Origin: a virus
Lineage: Duplodnaviria; Caudoviricetes
Length of the DNA stretch: 43,017 nucleotides
Strand: one strand, 5' to 3'
IMG/VR virus record: IMGVR_UViG_3300048998_000084
Coordinates: 1 to 43,017 of that record
The notes beneath the pieces are model-generated. The model was not told the DNA's origin and searched no databases. It worked only from the letters and a program-made list of their open reading frames with translations. Positions 16,800 through 26,962 of this stretch are shown here, in pieces (within the stretch, counting starts at the first letter, position 1; the number at the start of each line of letters is the position of its first letter). Position numbers and translations under genes: made by a program.

Positions 16800-19295
16800 T
16801 CAGCGCTTTCTCCGCACGCTTGCGATCGGCACAGCGCTCACGCCGAGCCCGCAGAAAACGAGCTTGGTGCTGCCGGCCGGCGCGCTGTAGCCGAGGCTGA
16901 TCGAGTAGCTGACGGCCGGCGCGTTGCGCGGGATCTCCTGGCTCACCATCGCGAGCGCGAACGAGCTCGGCGTGCTCTGCACGCTGGTCGGGATGCCCGC
17001 CTGCACGTACGTCGGCGCGCTTGAGCCGTCAGGCATCGAAAGCGTGCGCGTGATGCCCGTCATTTCGTTCACGATGAGCGTCACGCTGGCGCCGCTCGCA
17101 GCACCGCCGAACACCCATTCAGCCTCTTGCCAGCGCTTGCCCGAGAGCGGGTCGCCCGCGAACTGCGGCTGAAAGCGCACAAGGCTCTGCTGGTAGCTCG
17201 TGGTGCTCTTGCGCAGCACTTGGAGCTGGTTGCCATTCGCGCGCGCGAAGGCGAGGCCCGTCTCGAGCGAGCTTGACGCGCACAGGACCGAGTCCGCGAT
17301 CGTGACCGTGGTCCACTTGTTCCAGCGCGTGCTGTAGACGTAGGCCGTGCCCGTGGTCGGGTCCGGGACGAAGTACACATCGCCGCTGCCCGACTCGGCG
17401 ATCACGCGCGCGTTGCTCGTCGAGCTCCACGGCGCACCGCCGATCGTGCCCAGCGCGCTCGTGCTCAGCTCCTGCACATGGCCGCCATGAGACACGAGCA
17501 GCGCGCCTACGTTCGTCAGCGCGTACACGTCGTCACCGTGCCGGCAGAGCGCCTTCGGGCCCGTGAGGCTGATGCTCGAGTCCTTCTGGTCCAACGACCA
17601 GTCAAAGCCCGCACTGCTCGAGCCGCCCGAGCCTGAAAGCAGGTAGATGCCCTGCGAGGTGAAGATCACGAGGCTGACGCTGGTGGCGACCGCGGCGTAG
17701 ACCGTGCCCGTGCCTACCAGGCCGTATTGCGTGAGCGCCTCGGGCTGTCCTTGCTCGGTCCAGCCCATGCCGGCAGCGCGGTGCGGGCGCTCGACGGCTT
17801 CGACAGTCGCGGAGATCTCCGGCAGAGGCGGCAGGTAGTTCGCGCCATTGGTCGCGCGCAGCGTCATGTCGCCGCGGCCCGCGTACTCGTAGCGCGGCGC
17901 AAAGCCTGTGGCCGGCGTCGTCTTCGTGCCCGGCGTATCCGGATTCACGCGCGCGAGATCGTCGAAGCTCGCGCCGTAGATGAATGCGAAGTCATTGGCC
18001 GAGCTGATTGACCACTTGTCGCCCGAGATCTCGAGCACGTCGTTCACCGTGAGCGACCCGGTCGCGCTTGATGGCGGGTTCGGCGTGACGGTCAGCGTGC
18101 TGCTGCCCACAGCGGTGATCGTGCTGCGTGAAAAGTCGGGATAGACCACCTCTTGCCCAACCACGAGCCCGACCATGTCAGCAGTGCTGATGCCGCTGAT
18201 CGTCGCGCTTCCGGTCGAGTACGTGCCCGTGAGCGCGCGCGTGCCGATTCCCCACTTTCGTGAGTAGTCGTCGGTGAGCTCACCCACGCCAGCGCCAGCG
18301 CGAGCCACGCGTGCTGCGGGCTCGGTCACGTCGAAATAGAAGCTGTAGTTGCGGTACGTCGCCATCGCGCGGCAGATCGGCGGGGGCCGCTTCTGGCTGC
18401 TGGCGCCGATGGCTGCGCTGTTCGTGTAGAGCGCCTCGCCGAAGTTCTGATCGCCCGTGGCCTCGGTCCAGACATACGGACCAGTCGCGCCGATCTCGTA
18501 CGTGCTGCTCAGGTAGTAGTCGCTGCCCGTGCTGACGCCCGGATCGTAGTCAGCCGGCGTTGCGCCAGGCTTCGGGCTCGCGCACTGCAGCGTGCGGTAC
18601 ATCGAGATCTCGTCGCCCTGAAGCATGGGCGGGTCGCCCGTGCGGTTGAGCGCGACATACGAGATGTTCACGTCGGAGCCGTCCGCGCGCACCTGCACGG
18701 CCGCCGATGGCGGCGAGGTGACCTCGTAGCAGTCGGGGAAGTGCCGCGTGAGCACCGCCACCACGTGCGCGTGATTGTCCTTTTTGATCGCGCTCGCGCC
18801 CGTGCTCGTGTCGTAGCTGACGTAAAACGCTGGCGCGAACAGGCCGGCGAGGCGCGGCTGGCGCTCGGCGTCGGTGGTCGGGTTGATGTAGTCGAACACC
18901 ATCACGCCCGTGGTGCTCGTGACGAACACGCGGTCGCGCGTGATCATCCAGTCCACGCGGCCATCGACCTCGAAATCTACGTCGTCGTCGTAGGCGTTCG
19001 ACGCCGTGAGCAGCGAGCTTGCGTTGCCGTCAGTGTCGATCCAGACGAAGCGCCAGCCTGCCTCGGTCTGCACGAGCACGAGCGTCTGCCCGGTCGTGCG
19101 AATCACCTCGGCCTTGAGCACAGGATCCGGACACAGCACGCTCGCGAGCACCTCGAACGCAGGCGCGCTCTCGACCGAGCCCGGCGCGTTGGCGATCACA
19201 CCATGCGCGACGAGGCACGCACCGTCAGGGTACTGGCCGAGCTGATTCGGCCGCGTGATGAGACCCAGCGGCTCCAGGATGGCGGTCTTGGGCAC
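16800..19295 (-). CDS. Tail nozzle/tubular protein B-like (P22 gp10/T7 gp12 position)
   Basis: 831 aa, beta-propeller-like composition, directly after the adaptor gene. Confidence 0.6.
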   Translation of the reverse strand: MPKTAILEPLGLITRPNQLGQYPDGACLVAHGVIANAPGSVESAPAFEVLASVLCPDPVLKAEVIRTTGQTLVLVQTEAGWRFVWIDTDGNASSLLTASNAYDDDVDFEVDGRVDWMITRDRVFVTSTTGVMVFDYINPTTDAERQPRLAGLFAPAFYVSYDTSTGASAIKKDNHAHVVAVLTRHFPDCYEVTSPPSAAVQVRADGSDVNISYVALNRTGDPPMLQGDEISMYRTLQCASPKPGATPADYDPGVSTGSDYYLSSTYEIGATGPYVWTEATGDQNFGEALYTNSAAIGASSQKRPPPICRAMATYRNYSFYFDVTEPAARVARAGAGVGELTDDYSRKWGIGTRALTGTYSTGSATISGISTADMVGLVVGQEVVYPDFSRSTITAVGSSTLTVTPNPPSSATGSLTVNDVLEISGDKWSISSANDFAFIYGASFDDLARVNPDTPGTKTTPATGFAPRYEYAGRGDMTLRATNGANYLPPLPEISATVEAVERPHRAAGMGWTEQGQPEALTQYGLVGTGTVYAAVATSVSLVIFTSQGIYLLSGSGGSSSAGFDWSLDQKDSSISLTGPKALCRHGDDVYALTNVGALLVSHGGHVQELSTSALGTIGGAPWSSTSNARVIAESGSGDVYFVPDPTTGTAYVYSTRWNKWTTVTIADSVLCASSSLETGLAFARANGNQLQVLRKSTTSYQQSLVRFQPQFAGDPLSGKRWQEAEWVFGGAASGASVTLIVNEMTGITRTLSMPDGSSAPTYVQAGIPTSVQSTPSSFALAMVSQEIPRNAPAVSYSISLGYSAPAGSTKLVFCGLGVSAVPIASVRRKR

Positions 19296-19301
19296 GCGCC
19301 C

Positions 19302-20198
19302 TTACCTCCACCCGTGCTGAATCGGCATGTGATTCACGGCGCGCACGCGCGGCGTGAGCGTGCTGGCGAGCCGCTGCGCTGCGGCCGATGTGGATGCGGC
19401 AATCTCGTTCGCGCGGTCGTACATGTCGCGACGCGTGCAGATCGGAATCGCTGCCGCAGCAGCAAGCACGGCGTGATAGCTCTCGGGAAGCTGCGGCCAG
19501 TCAGTCTGGCCCGCCGCGCGTACGTAGTCGCCAACCTCGACGCGGCTCAGGTTCGGGCCTGAGCCCACAAGGATCGTGTTGGCGTCGAGCACCGAGGCCG
19601 GCGCATCGAATAGCGACAGCTCGAAGTAGCCGCGCGGCTCGATCACGTCGATGATCGTCGTCCCACTGAGCGGCCCGCTCGTGGTGCGGTCGATGGGCAG
19701 CGAGTCGATGCTGATGGTGCGCGCGGCCACGTCCACCGAGAGCACGCGCCCGCCTGTCTGATCGGCCACGAGCGTGCTCGGGCGTACGGTGATCTTTGCC
19801 CGCAGCGAGAGGTCGCTCGTTGTCGGAGCGGGCAGCAACATCACCGTGCTGCCGCGCACGGTGTACGCCTGCGGGTAGGCCGCGTTCGGGTCCCAGTCCT
19901 GCGCCTCGCTCTCGATCGACTGATCGAGCGGGTACCATTTGCCGCTACCCTGCCGGATGTCGATCTGCTCGAGCGCGCAGTGGCGCGGGTGAAGGCGCAC
20001 GTACGGGTTGCTCGCGGCGAGCGTGCGCGTGAGCGAGTGCATCCAGAACCCGCTGCGCGCGCTCTCAATGATCGGCTCGAAGTACGAGCCCATCGCCGTA
20101 TTCAGCAGCTGCGTGATCACCGTGTCGGTGAACTCCGCGCTGCCGTCCTCGATCGTCGCGGTCGGCCGCGCGTAGGCGATGAGCTCGCTCGTGTTCAA
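19302..20198 (-). CDS. Head-tail adaptor/tubular protein A-like
   Basis: N-terminal helices (TSELIAYAR..ITQLLNTAM) and C-terminal PQLPESYHAVLA motif typical of podovirus adaptors. Confidence 0.6.
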   Translation of the reverse strand: MNTSELIAYARPTATIEDGSAEFTDTVITQLLNTAMGSYFEPIIESARSGFWMHSLTRTLAASNPYVRLHPRHCALEQIDIRQGSGKWYPLDQSIESEAQDWDPNAAYPQAYTVRGSTVMLLPAPTTSDLSLRAKITVRPSTLVADQTGGRVLSVDVAARTISIDSLPIDRTTSGPLSGTTIIDVIEPRGYFELSLFDAPASVLDANTILVGSGPNLSRVEVGDYVRAAGQTDWPQLPESYHAVLAAAAAIPICTRRDMYDRANEIAASTSAAAQRLASTLTPRVRAVNHMPIQHGWR

Positions 20199-20202
20199 GC
20201 GC

Positions 20203-20601
20203 TCACCACCCCGATAGGCAGGCGTCTACGGCCACGGTGCCGCCGCCGCTTGTGTAGGCCCAGACAGCACCGATCCAGCGCGGCACTGCAACGGCTGTGA
20301 ACACCACTTCAGCAGTGCCTACGCCGACGTTGTTGATCGTAAGAACGCCGTTCGCGTACGTCACGCCCGTGGGCAGCGCGCTCACGACCGAAAAGCCGGT
20401 GAACACCGCCTCAGCGCCGCTCTTGGTGTCGAAGTCGGTAGCCTTGAGCGTGAGCGTGGCTTGCAGCGTCGCTGCACTCACGGTCATGCGCACGGTCAGG
20501 CTCTGCACGAGGCAGCGCGCACTCTGATGCCAGGCCACGGCGACGCCGGATGTGCCCGCGGCGCTCAGCAGGTTGGCGTTGCCGAAGTCGCGCATTGTCA
20601 T
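20203..20601 (-). CDS. Small beta-sandwich virion protein (possible capsid decoration)
   Basis: Beta-rich, 132 aa, located between capsid and adaptor genes. Confidence 0.5.
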   Translation of the reverse strand: MTMRDFGNANLLSAAGTSGVAVAWHQSARCLVQSLTVRMTVSAATLQATLTLKATDFDTKSGAEAVFTGFSVVSALPTGVTYANGVLTINNVGVGTAEVVFTAVAVPRWIGAVWAYTSGGGTVAVDACLSGW

Positions 20602-21035
20602 CGGTAGCCGCCCATTCCCCGCTGCTGCATGCGCGGATCGTCTCGGTCACCGTCAGGCGGCCCACCGCGCTGGTCGTCGTCGGGCTCGGGCGCGGCGCCG
20701 GCATTGACCGGCATGGCCGAGGTCTGCGGACCGGGCATGCCACCAGGGCCGACCGGCATAGGCGGTCTGTGCCGCGCGAGCGCCGCACGAATGGCCGCGT
20801 CTTGATCGCGCATGAAGCCGCCACCAGGAGGTCCCATCGGCCGCCCGTCAGGGCCTGCAGCCTGCGGCGGCATACCGCCTGGCGGACCCATGCGCACGCC
20901 CGGAGGTGGCCCGCCCTGCGGCATCGGTTGGCCCCATTGCGGCTGTTGCGCTGCGAGCCCTTGCCCGAGCTGCTGCATCCAACCGGGTCGCTGCATCGGC
21001 TGGCCCATCTGTCTCTGTCGTGGATCGAACATCAC
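20598..21035 (-). CDS. Low-complexity Pro/Gly/Met/Gln-rich protein
   Basis: Coupled overlaps at both ends; apparently disordered. Confidence 0.55.
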   Translation of the reverse strand: MMFDPRQRQMGQPMQRPGWMQQLGQGLAAQQPQWGQPMPQGGPPPGVRMGPPGGMPPQAAGPDGRPMGPPGGGFMRDQDAAIRAALARHRPPMPVGPGGMPGPQTSAMPVNAGAAPEPDDDQRGGPPDGDRDDPRMQQRGMGGYR

Positions 21036-21388
21036 CAGTAGCCTCGTGAGCGGTTGTAGGAGCCGCCGATCAGTCCCGGCGCCCGGCTATTCGGATCGTC
21101 AAACATGTCGCTCTCGGCCTGCGCCTGCTTGTCTGCGGTGGCTTGGTTTTCGGCGAGCGCGCTCGCCACTTGGACGAGCGGACCCGCGTTACCGTGCGGC
21201 ATGCTGGGATAGTCAGCGCCGCCAGCGGCGATCTGGGCGTACCCAGAATCGCCGCTGCGGGCTGCACGTTTGGACGCGATCGCCGCCTTGGTGTCGTCCA
21301 GCTGCTGCTGCTCGGCAAAGGCATGCTGCTTGTTCGCCTGCTGCTTTTGCAGGGCCATCCCGACGATTGCTGCGATCAGTGGCCACAT
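21032..21388 (-). CDS. Hypothetical virion-associated protein with hydrophobic N-terminus
   Basis: MWPLIAAIVGMAL followed by a Gln-rich helix, resembling small pilot/ejection proteins. Confidence 0.55.
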   Translation of the reverse strand: MWPLIAAIVGMALQKQQANKQHAFAEQQQLDDTKAAIASKRAARSGDSGYAQIAAGGADYPSMPHGNAGPLVQVASALAENQATADKQAQAESDMFDDPNSRAPGLIGGSYNRSRGYW

Positions 21389-21418
21389 AAAACCAAACCT
21401 TCCGTTACGAGCCAGCGA

Positions 21419-22738
21419 TCACGGCAGGTCGAGGATGTCGCCCGTGCTCTGGATGTTCTTGATGCGCATGCAGTGCCACGGCTGGCTCACGAACGGCGCT
21501 TGGTTCGCGTAGTTCTGGATCTGGCAGCCGTTGTAGTCGGTGAGGTTCGTCAGGAAGTTCTCGCTGATGCCCTCGACCGGACGCATGGTCAGGTCCGTGG
21601 TGCCCACGCGGTAGCAGTCCGCGGTGTTCGCGAAGTAGATGGCCTGGCCCTGCTTGCACAGGTCCCACACGAACACTTCCACCTCGCCGCCGGGCGTCTG
21701 GAACGTCAGCGACGTCTCGCCCTGCAGCTTGTCGCCGCCCTTCGTGGTGTCGCGAACCTGGCCGCTCTGCTCCTCGGCCAGCGCCGAGAATGCGCCGCCA
21801 CACACCGCGAGCCGTCCGCCGCGCTTCGAGCCGTTGTAGCTCAGCGTCGCGAGGTACGCGCGAATCAACGCGCGCGTCAGCGGGCCGTTGCTGTTGTCCT
21901 GCTCGAGCGCACGGAACTGCGAGATCGTGGTGATGTCCACCGTGAAGATGGTGCCGGTCTGCGTCGCGAACATCGGCTCCACGCCGATGCAGCTCTGACC
22001 CACCCAGCCCGCGGGCACGATGATGTCGTTCGCGGTGATCACGGCAGTCGGGTTGACCGTCGCCTTGCCGGTGACGGTCGAAACGCCGAACTTCACCTGC
22101 GTCTTGGTCTGGCTCGGCACGCCGAGCACCTGCACGTTACCAGCGCGCAGCGTGGTGCCGTCGCTCTGATAGACGTCGACCAGCGCGTTCATCATGAGCG
22201 GCCACAAGCCGGGGATGAAGCTCGCGCGCGAGATGCGCACGCTGGGCGACGTGTTCACCGCGGCTGCGGTCGTGGACACCACGCCGATGTTGCTTGCAGC
22301 GGTCGACGTCGCGCCCGGGCCGTAGCCGAGGGCGAGCTCGCGGTAGAGCTGGCCGCCCTGCCCGAGGTGCTTCACCTTCAGGCTCATCATGTCCTGGTAG
22401 CTCGCAGCGTTGCCGCCGCCCGACATGCTGTTGCCGTTGAGCGAAGCGTAGATGTCGTCCCACGACACCTGGGCGCGCATCACGATCGTGCTGCCGTCCA
22501 GCTCGGCATACGGCGTCTTGCCGCTGATGGCCGGGTTCAGCGCGAACAGGCCGCCAGCGCGTGACGCTGTCTGGCCGTGCTCGATCGCAGCGGTGAAGGG
22601 TACGCGGTACTTCTCGCCGATCTTCGCTTGCTGCTTGAACGGGAAGATCTCGGCGAGCGTGCCGGGCTCCGGCAGCGCATCGATCCACGGACCGTACTTG
22701 ATTCGGAAATTGCCATTGTAGTTGGCACTGATGGTCAC
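21419..22738 (-). CDS. Major capsid protein
   Basis: 439 aa, strongly biased codon use, downstream of portal and scaffold, with its own upstream leader; HK97-like size and position. Confidence 0.75.
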   Translation of the reverse strand: MTISANYNGNFRIKYGPWIDALPEPGTLAEIFPFKQQAKIGEKYRVPFTAAIEHGQTASRAGGLFALNPAISGKTPYAELDGSTIVMRAQVSWDDIYASLNGNSMSGGGNAASYQDMMSLKVKHLGQGGQLYRELALGYGPGATSTAASNIGVVSTTAAAVNTSPSVRISRASFIPGLWPLMMNALVDVYQSDGTTLRAGNVQVLGVPSQTKTQVKFGVSTVTGKATVNPTAVITANDIIVPAGWVGQSCIGVEPMFATQTGTIFTVDITTISQFRALEQDNSNGPLTRALIRAYLATLSYNGSKRGGRLAVCGGAFSALAEEQSGQVRDTTKGGDKLQGETSLTFQTPGGEVEVFVWDLCKQGQAIYFANTADCYRVGTTDLTMRPVEGISENFLTNLTDYNGCQIQNYANQAPFVSQPWHCMRIKNIQSTGDILDLP

Positions 22739-22876
22739 GAGACACCTCGAACGGGGAAGGGGTTGGGAGACCGCTTCGCTCGGGTGCCGCAGTGCACGGC
22801 GGTGATTGGTTGCCTCGGCTTTACCCGGAAGGTCCGATCACGCGCCGCCGGAAGGTCCAGCTACGCTTGGAAATCA

Positions 22877-22905
22877 ATGCTGAGGCAAATGCAACACAGT
22901 TGCAA
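22877..22905 (-). promoter_or_regulatory. Candidate capsid-operon promoter TTGCAA-N17-CAGCAT overlapping a TGCAAC-N3-GTTGCA palindrome
   Basis: AT-richer patch in the intergenic gap upstream of the capsid gene; the same palindrome occurs at 30744-30758. Confidence 0.5.
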
Positions 22906-22942
22906 CTACGCTACGCCACAGACCTGCAGCCGTCAGCCACAC

Positions 22943-24100
22943 TCAGCGCATGTCCGACAGGCGCCTACGTTCCGGGGTGGAGATGTTGCCCGCTGTTCCG
23001 GGCTTCGCTGCCGGGCCGCTGACGGCGGCTGCTGCTGGTGGCGGCGGTAGCTGCTGGCGCGGCGGCTGACGGCCGCCCGCGGCGGCGATGAGCGCCTGCA
23101 CGCGCTCGCGCGCCTCGCCCACCAGCTGACGCAGGGACTCGTCGGTGGGCGTGCGCCCGCGCTGGATGGTGGGCGCGACGATCCAGCGGCCATCGGGCCC
23201 GCGCTCGCCCTCGGTGGCGCGCGCAAGCACCTCGCCCAGCTCGCGCTGGAAGGCAGGGGAGTCCGTCACGCCCATGGCCTTGCAGACATCGGGCAGGCGC
23301 TGCTCGATGTGCCCCATCACGTGCTGGATGTCGGGCGCTTGGATGCCCTGTTGCGCGGCTTGGCTCTGGGCGAGCTGCTGCTCTTGCAGCTGACGGGCCT
23401 GCAGCTGTCGGCGGAGCATGTCCGCCTCGTCCTTGGCGCGCTCGCCGGCCAGGAACTCCTCGCGCACGTCGGGAGCGAGCCCCTCGAGCCGAGCCATCCG
23501 CTGCACGTAGGCCACGACCATGCCGTGCATCGTCTTCTCCGCGCCCATCCAGCGCATGGCCTTCATGCCCAGCTGCGGATCGCCGCTGAGCAGGTCGCGC
23601 TGAAACGCTTGGATGCCGGCCTGGTGCTGCTCGAGTACGCGGCGCTCCTTGGCCATCTCGGTGGTCTTGGCCTGGTAGTCGCCGTACAGCATCGTGTGGC
23701 GCGGGATGTCGCTCACACGCATCGGCACCTGGTTGCCGTCGCGGTCCTTGGTCCAGATGACCTTGTCCCCGAACGCGTCGAGGTCGAGGTCGGGCGAGTC
23801 CTTGTGCTTCTGCCACTCGGCCGCGAGCTGCTCGACGGTGGGCGCGCCCTCTTGCGGCTCCGCCTCGGGCGGCGTCTCTGGCTGCTGCGTCTCTGGCTGT
23901 GACTCTGCCTCGGCCGCCGCTGCGGGCGTTTGCTGGTTCGCCGGCATCGGAGGCGGCGGCAGTTCGGGCAGGTTCGCCTGGTAGGCGGCGTGGCCCATCT
24001 CCGACATGCGCCGCGGCGCGATCTCGGCCGGGGCCACTGCGTTCGCGAGCGGGCCGCTGGGAGCTGCGGGGGTTGCTGTTGCGGTTGCTGCTTCACTCAT
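22943..24100 (-). CDS. Capsid scaffolding protein
   Basis: Acidic Pro-rich N-terminus, DYQAKTTEMAKERR scaffold-type motif, coiled coil, located between portal and capsid. Confidence 0.75.
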   Translation of the reverse strand: MSEAATATATPAAPSGPLANAVAPAEIAPRRMSEMGHAAYQANLPELPPPPMPANQQTPAAAAEAESQPETQQPETPPEAEPQEGAPTVEQLAAEWQKHKDSPDLDLDAFGDKVIWTKDRDGNQVPMRVSDIPRHTMLYGDYQAKTTEMAKERRVLEQHQAGIQAFQRDLLSGDPQLGMKAMRWMGAEKTMHGMVVAYVQRMARLEGLAPDVREEFLAGERAKDEADMLRRQLQARQLQEQQLAQSQAAQQGIQAPDIQHVMGHIEQRLPDVCKAMGVTDSPAFQRELGEVLARATEGERGPDGRWIVAPTIQRGRTPTDESLRQLVGEARERVQALIAAAGGRQPPRQQLPPPPAAAAVSGPAAKPGTAGNISTPERRRLSDMR

Positions 24101-26196
24101 GCTGCTGCTCCTGGCTGCGCCTGCTTGGGCGCGGGTTTCTGTTGGTCGTTTGCGGGCGCGCCTTGCTGCCCTGGAGGCGCGTTCGGGTCACCTGGCATCG
24201 GCTGCGGGTTCAGCATCATCTGCGCCTGCTGCAGGCTCTGAGCGAACACGAACGCGGGCGAGCCGGGCAGCACTGGCGGATCGGGGTAGCCGAGCAGCCG
24301 CGCGAGCACCGGGTCCTGCTGCATGACGCTCGTGCAGTGCCCTTGGATGTGCTGCGTGAGCGCGAGCACCGCCTGCGGGTCGGCGTTGTCCTGCGTGCGC
24401 AGCAGATCGAGCGCGCCCTTGTGCTCGAAGATGTGCGCGACGTGATCGTCGGTCGGGCTGACCTCGGGAATGCCTCCCTTGCCGCTGATCATGCGCTCGT
24501 TCTCGCTGGCGATGCAGTCGAGCGAGCGCGAGTCGCTCTTGCCCCACTCATCATCACCGTAGAGCACCATGTTCACGGCCTTGGCGCGCTCCTTGGGGTC
24601 CTGGATGTCCTTGGTCTGGTCGAGCAGCTGCAGCCGCGCGAGCGCGCCGCGCATCGCATCGGGCACCATCTTGGCGCGCACGCGGCGCACGCTCGACAGG
24701 TCGCTCGGCGAGAACTCCTTGGCGATCGGCGCGCCCTCACGCCCAGCGATCTCGGCGATGAACGCCGTGTTCGCATACTTCATCAGCATCTCGATCAGGT
24801 CGTTACCCAGCTCCTCCTCGTGCTTGACCACGTCGCCCTGCGAGAGCGACAGGTTGCGCGCGGTGATCGCCTCGTAGCCGGCCAGGTGCGCGCCGCTCGT
24901 GGTGCGCTCGGCGCTCGAGCCGCGGCTGACGTCGGTGAAGCCGCTGTTGCGCGTCACACTGCTGATCAGCTCGGTCTTGAGGTCGCTGCTGCCCGGTGGC
25001 ATCGGCTGAATCTGCACCGCTCCGGGCGGCTGTCCGCCGGGCGGCACCTCGTAGTCGCGGATGCCTCCACCTGACAGCGTCTCCTGCGCCATCTTCGTGC
25101 CCGTGAAGCGGTAGCGCGCCTGGTTGCCGAAGTAGGCGAAGTTGGTCAGCTCGGAGCTGCGCAGCTTGTTGAGCGCGGTCTCCGCGGCGTGCAGGCCCCA
25201 GCCATCGGCGAAGCTGAAAGCGCAGTCGCTCATCTTCGACGTGAGCAGCGGGCGCACGGGCAGGCGACCAGCGCTGAGCGGACACGGCGCATCCACCACC
25301 ACGAGCTCGCCCACGATCAACGCGTACCTGCCGCCCTTCAGCTCGGGCCGGTCGGCGTAGTAGAAGTGGATGGCGATGCAGTCGCCCTCGTTCGCGCCGA
25401 ACGTCTGATCGTCGGCAGCGCCGAGCAGGCGGTACTGTGCGAACTCGTCGCGCGCGCTCGCATCGAGAATCAGTTCGGCCTTCTCGGGGTACTGCCCCGC
25501 AAGCGCGTACAGGTTCGTGCGCTCGAACGCGATGGCCCAGCCGGCCTTGATGCCGATCTTCGGGTCGTAGGCCATCTCGAACGGCGTGAGCGCATCGACG
25601 AACGGCGCACCGCTCTTGGCTGGGCGTGCGGCCATCGTGGTCTGGGGCACGAGCGCGACCGAGCCGTCCGGCTGCTGCATGGGCGTCGGCTGCGTAATCG
25701 GCACCTGCTCGACCACGTCATCACCCTTGGTGGCGTCCCAGCGCAGGTGCGTGCCCGCGGCGCCGAACTCGAGGCACATCTCAGCGAACGTGCGCACGGT
25801 CGGCCTGATGGACTCGTCGTAGACGTAGTTGATGGCGCTCTCGGCGAGCTGCGCGCTAAGCACAGAGCGCGTCTCGCCCATGTTCGCGACGCACTGAAAG
25901 CTCGTCTTCTCGGCCATCAAGAACGCGAGCTGTTGCCTGAGCAGCGAGCGCACCTCGGGGATGCGTATCTGCACCCGCGTGTCCTTGCGCGTGCCCAGGT
26001 CGAGCTTGATGGCCATCTGGCCCTGCGTGTTCGAACTGCGGTCGCGCATGAAGTAGACCGCGTCCGCTTCGCGCCACGCCTCCACGAGCCCCAGGCGCTC
26101 GGCAGCCTCGAAGTAGCGCTTAGCGCGCAGCCGCACCTCGGGCACGAGCTCCTCGGGGGGCAGTGACGCCCAGAATGGTTTGCCGGCGAGCGTCAT
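24097..26196 (-). CDS. Portal protein (P22-like)
   Basis: About 699 aa from MTLAGKPF; SVTRNSGFTDVSRG..TSG motif; PTDDHVAHIFEH; Q/P-rich tail. Confidence 0.8.
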   Translation of the reverse strand: MTLAGKPFWASLPPEELVPEVRLRAKRYFEAAERLGLVEAWREADAVYFMRDRSSNTQGQMAIKLDLGTRKDTRVQIRIPEVRSLLRQQLAFLMAEKTSFQCVANMGETRSVLSAQLAESAINYVYDESIRPTVRTFAEMCLEFGAAGTHLRWDATKGDDVVEQVPITQPTPMQQPDGSVALVPQTTMAARPAKSGAPFVDALTPFEMAYDPKIGIKAGWAIAFERTNLYALAGQYPEKAELILDASARDEFAQYRLLGAADDQTFGANEGDCIAIHFYYADRPELKGGRYALIVGELVVVDAPCPLSAGRLPVRPLLTSKMSDCAFSFADGWGLHAAETALNKLRSSELTNFAYFGNQARYRFTGTKMAQETLSGGGIRDYEVPPGGQPPGAVQIQPMPPGSSDLKTELISSVTRNSGFTDVSRGSSAERTTSGAHLAGYEAITARNLSLSQGDVVKHEEELGNDLIEMLMKYANTAFIAEIAGREGAPIAKEFSPSDLSSVRRVRAKMVPDAMRGALARLQLLDQTKDIQDPKERAKAVNMVLYGDDEWGKSDSRSLDCIASENERMISGKGGIPEVSPTDDHVAHIFEHKGALDLLRTQDNADPQAVLALTQHIQGHCTSVMQQDPVLARLLGYPDPPVLPGSPAFVFAQSLQQAQMMLNPQPMPGDPNAPPGQQGAPANDQQKPAPKQAQPGAAA

Positions 26197-26666
26197 AGCG
26201 CCGCCAGCTTCATGATCGACGGCTTGGCCTCGCCCTTGTCGATGAAGTCCAAGCGGTAGGGCACCAGCGTCTGCTGCAAAGCGTCGAGGAAGCGCGGCAC
26301 GTCGGGCTTGCCTGGGCTCGTCGGTGATGGACGGTCCCAGTAGTCGCCCACCTTGACGGGCTTGGTCGCGTGCATCTCCTCGAACAGCTCGGCATCGGGC
26401 CGCGGGTACGTGCGAATCACGCCGGCCTTGTCGGGCTCGTAGTTCACCGCCGCGTTCACCGGGTAGCGGAACACCGCGCACACGCTGACCGCCGCTTGCA
26501 GCTGCATCAGGTGCAGCTCGGTCAGCACGCGTTGGTCCTGCAGCGCTTTGGGCGCGTGCTTCTGGAGCCAGCGGAACGCGACTTGGGATTCGGTGCCAGC
26601 GTCGAGCGCGAGCACGATCGTGTTGGTGTCGAGCAAGGCATCAAGCTGCTGCTTAGTGATCGTCAT
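26193..26666 (-). CDS. Hypothetical protein
   Basis: ATGA overlaps on both sides; start at MTITKQQ. Confidence 0.65.
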   Translation of the reverse strand: MTITKQQLDALLDTNTIVLALDAGTESQVAFRWLQKHAPKALQDQRVLTELHLMQLQAAVSVCAVFRYPVNAAVNYEPDKAGVIRTYPRPDAELFEEMHATKPVKVGDYWDRPSPTSPGKPDVPRFLDALQQTLVPYRLDFIDKGEAKPSIMKLAAL

Positions 26667-26962
26667 TCGGTGGCCTCGTATGTCAGAGCGAAGATGTCGG
26701 GCTTGCAGGGGTATAGCTCGCCCTTGACGCCTTGGATGATGTAGTCGCCCTCGTCGGCGACCATCTCTCCCTCGAGCGTGCGAATGGTCACGTATCCGTG
26801 GTCCTGTCCTTTGCAGACCGCGGCGGTTCTGTCGTTGACCGCGGCCCAGAACCACGGCGGAGCGTCGACCAGAAGCCATTGGCCAAGGAACGCGACGCCC
26901 GGTGGCGTAAACTCCACCTTGAACGCCTCGATCACCACAGGCCTCTTGCGATATTTGCTCAT
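26663..26962 (-). CDS. Conserved phage protein (KYRKRPVVIEA..TLEG..GDYII.GV.GE.YPCKPDIF family, PGDYG-like)
   Basis: Highly recognisable motif string. Confidence 0.8.
   Translation of the reverse strand: MSKYRKRPVVIEAFKVEFTPPGVAFLGQWLLVDAPPWFWAAVNDRTAAVCKGQDHGYVTIRTLEGEMVADEGDYIIQGVKGELYPCKPDIFALTYEATE

Noticed and set aside
22885-22905. Sigma54 promoter reading of TTGCAAC-N4-TTGC
   Set aside because: It lacks the invariant GG at -24; a palindrome/sigma70 reading fits better.
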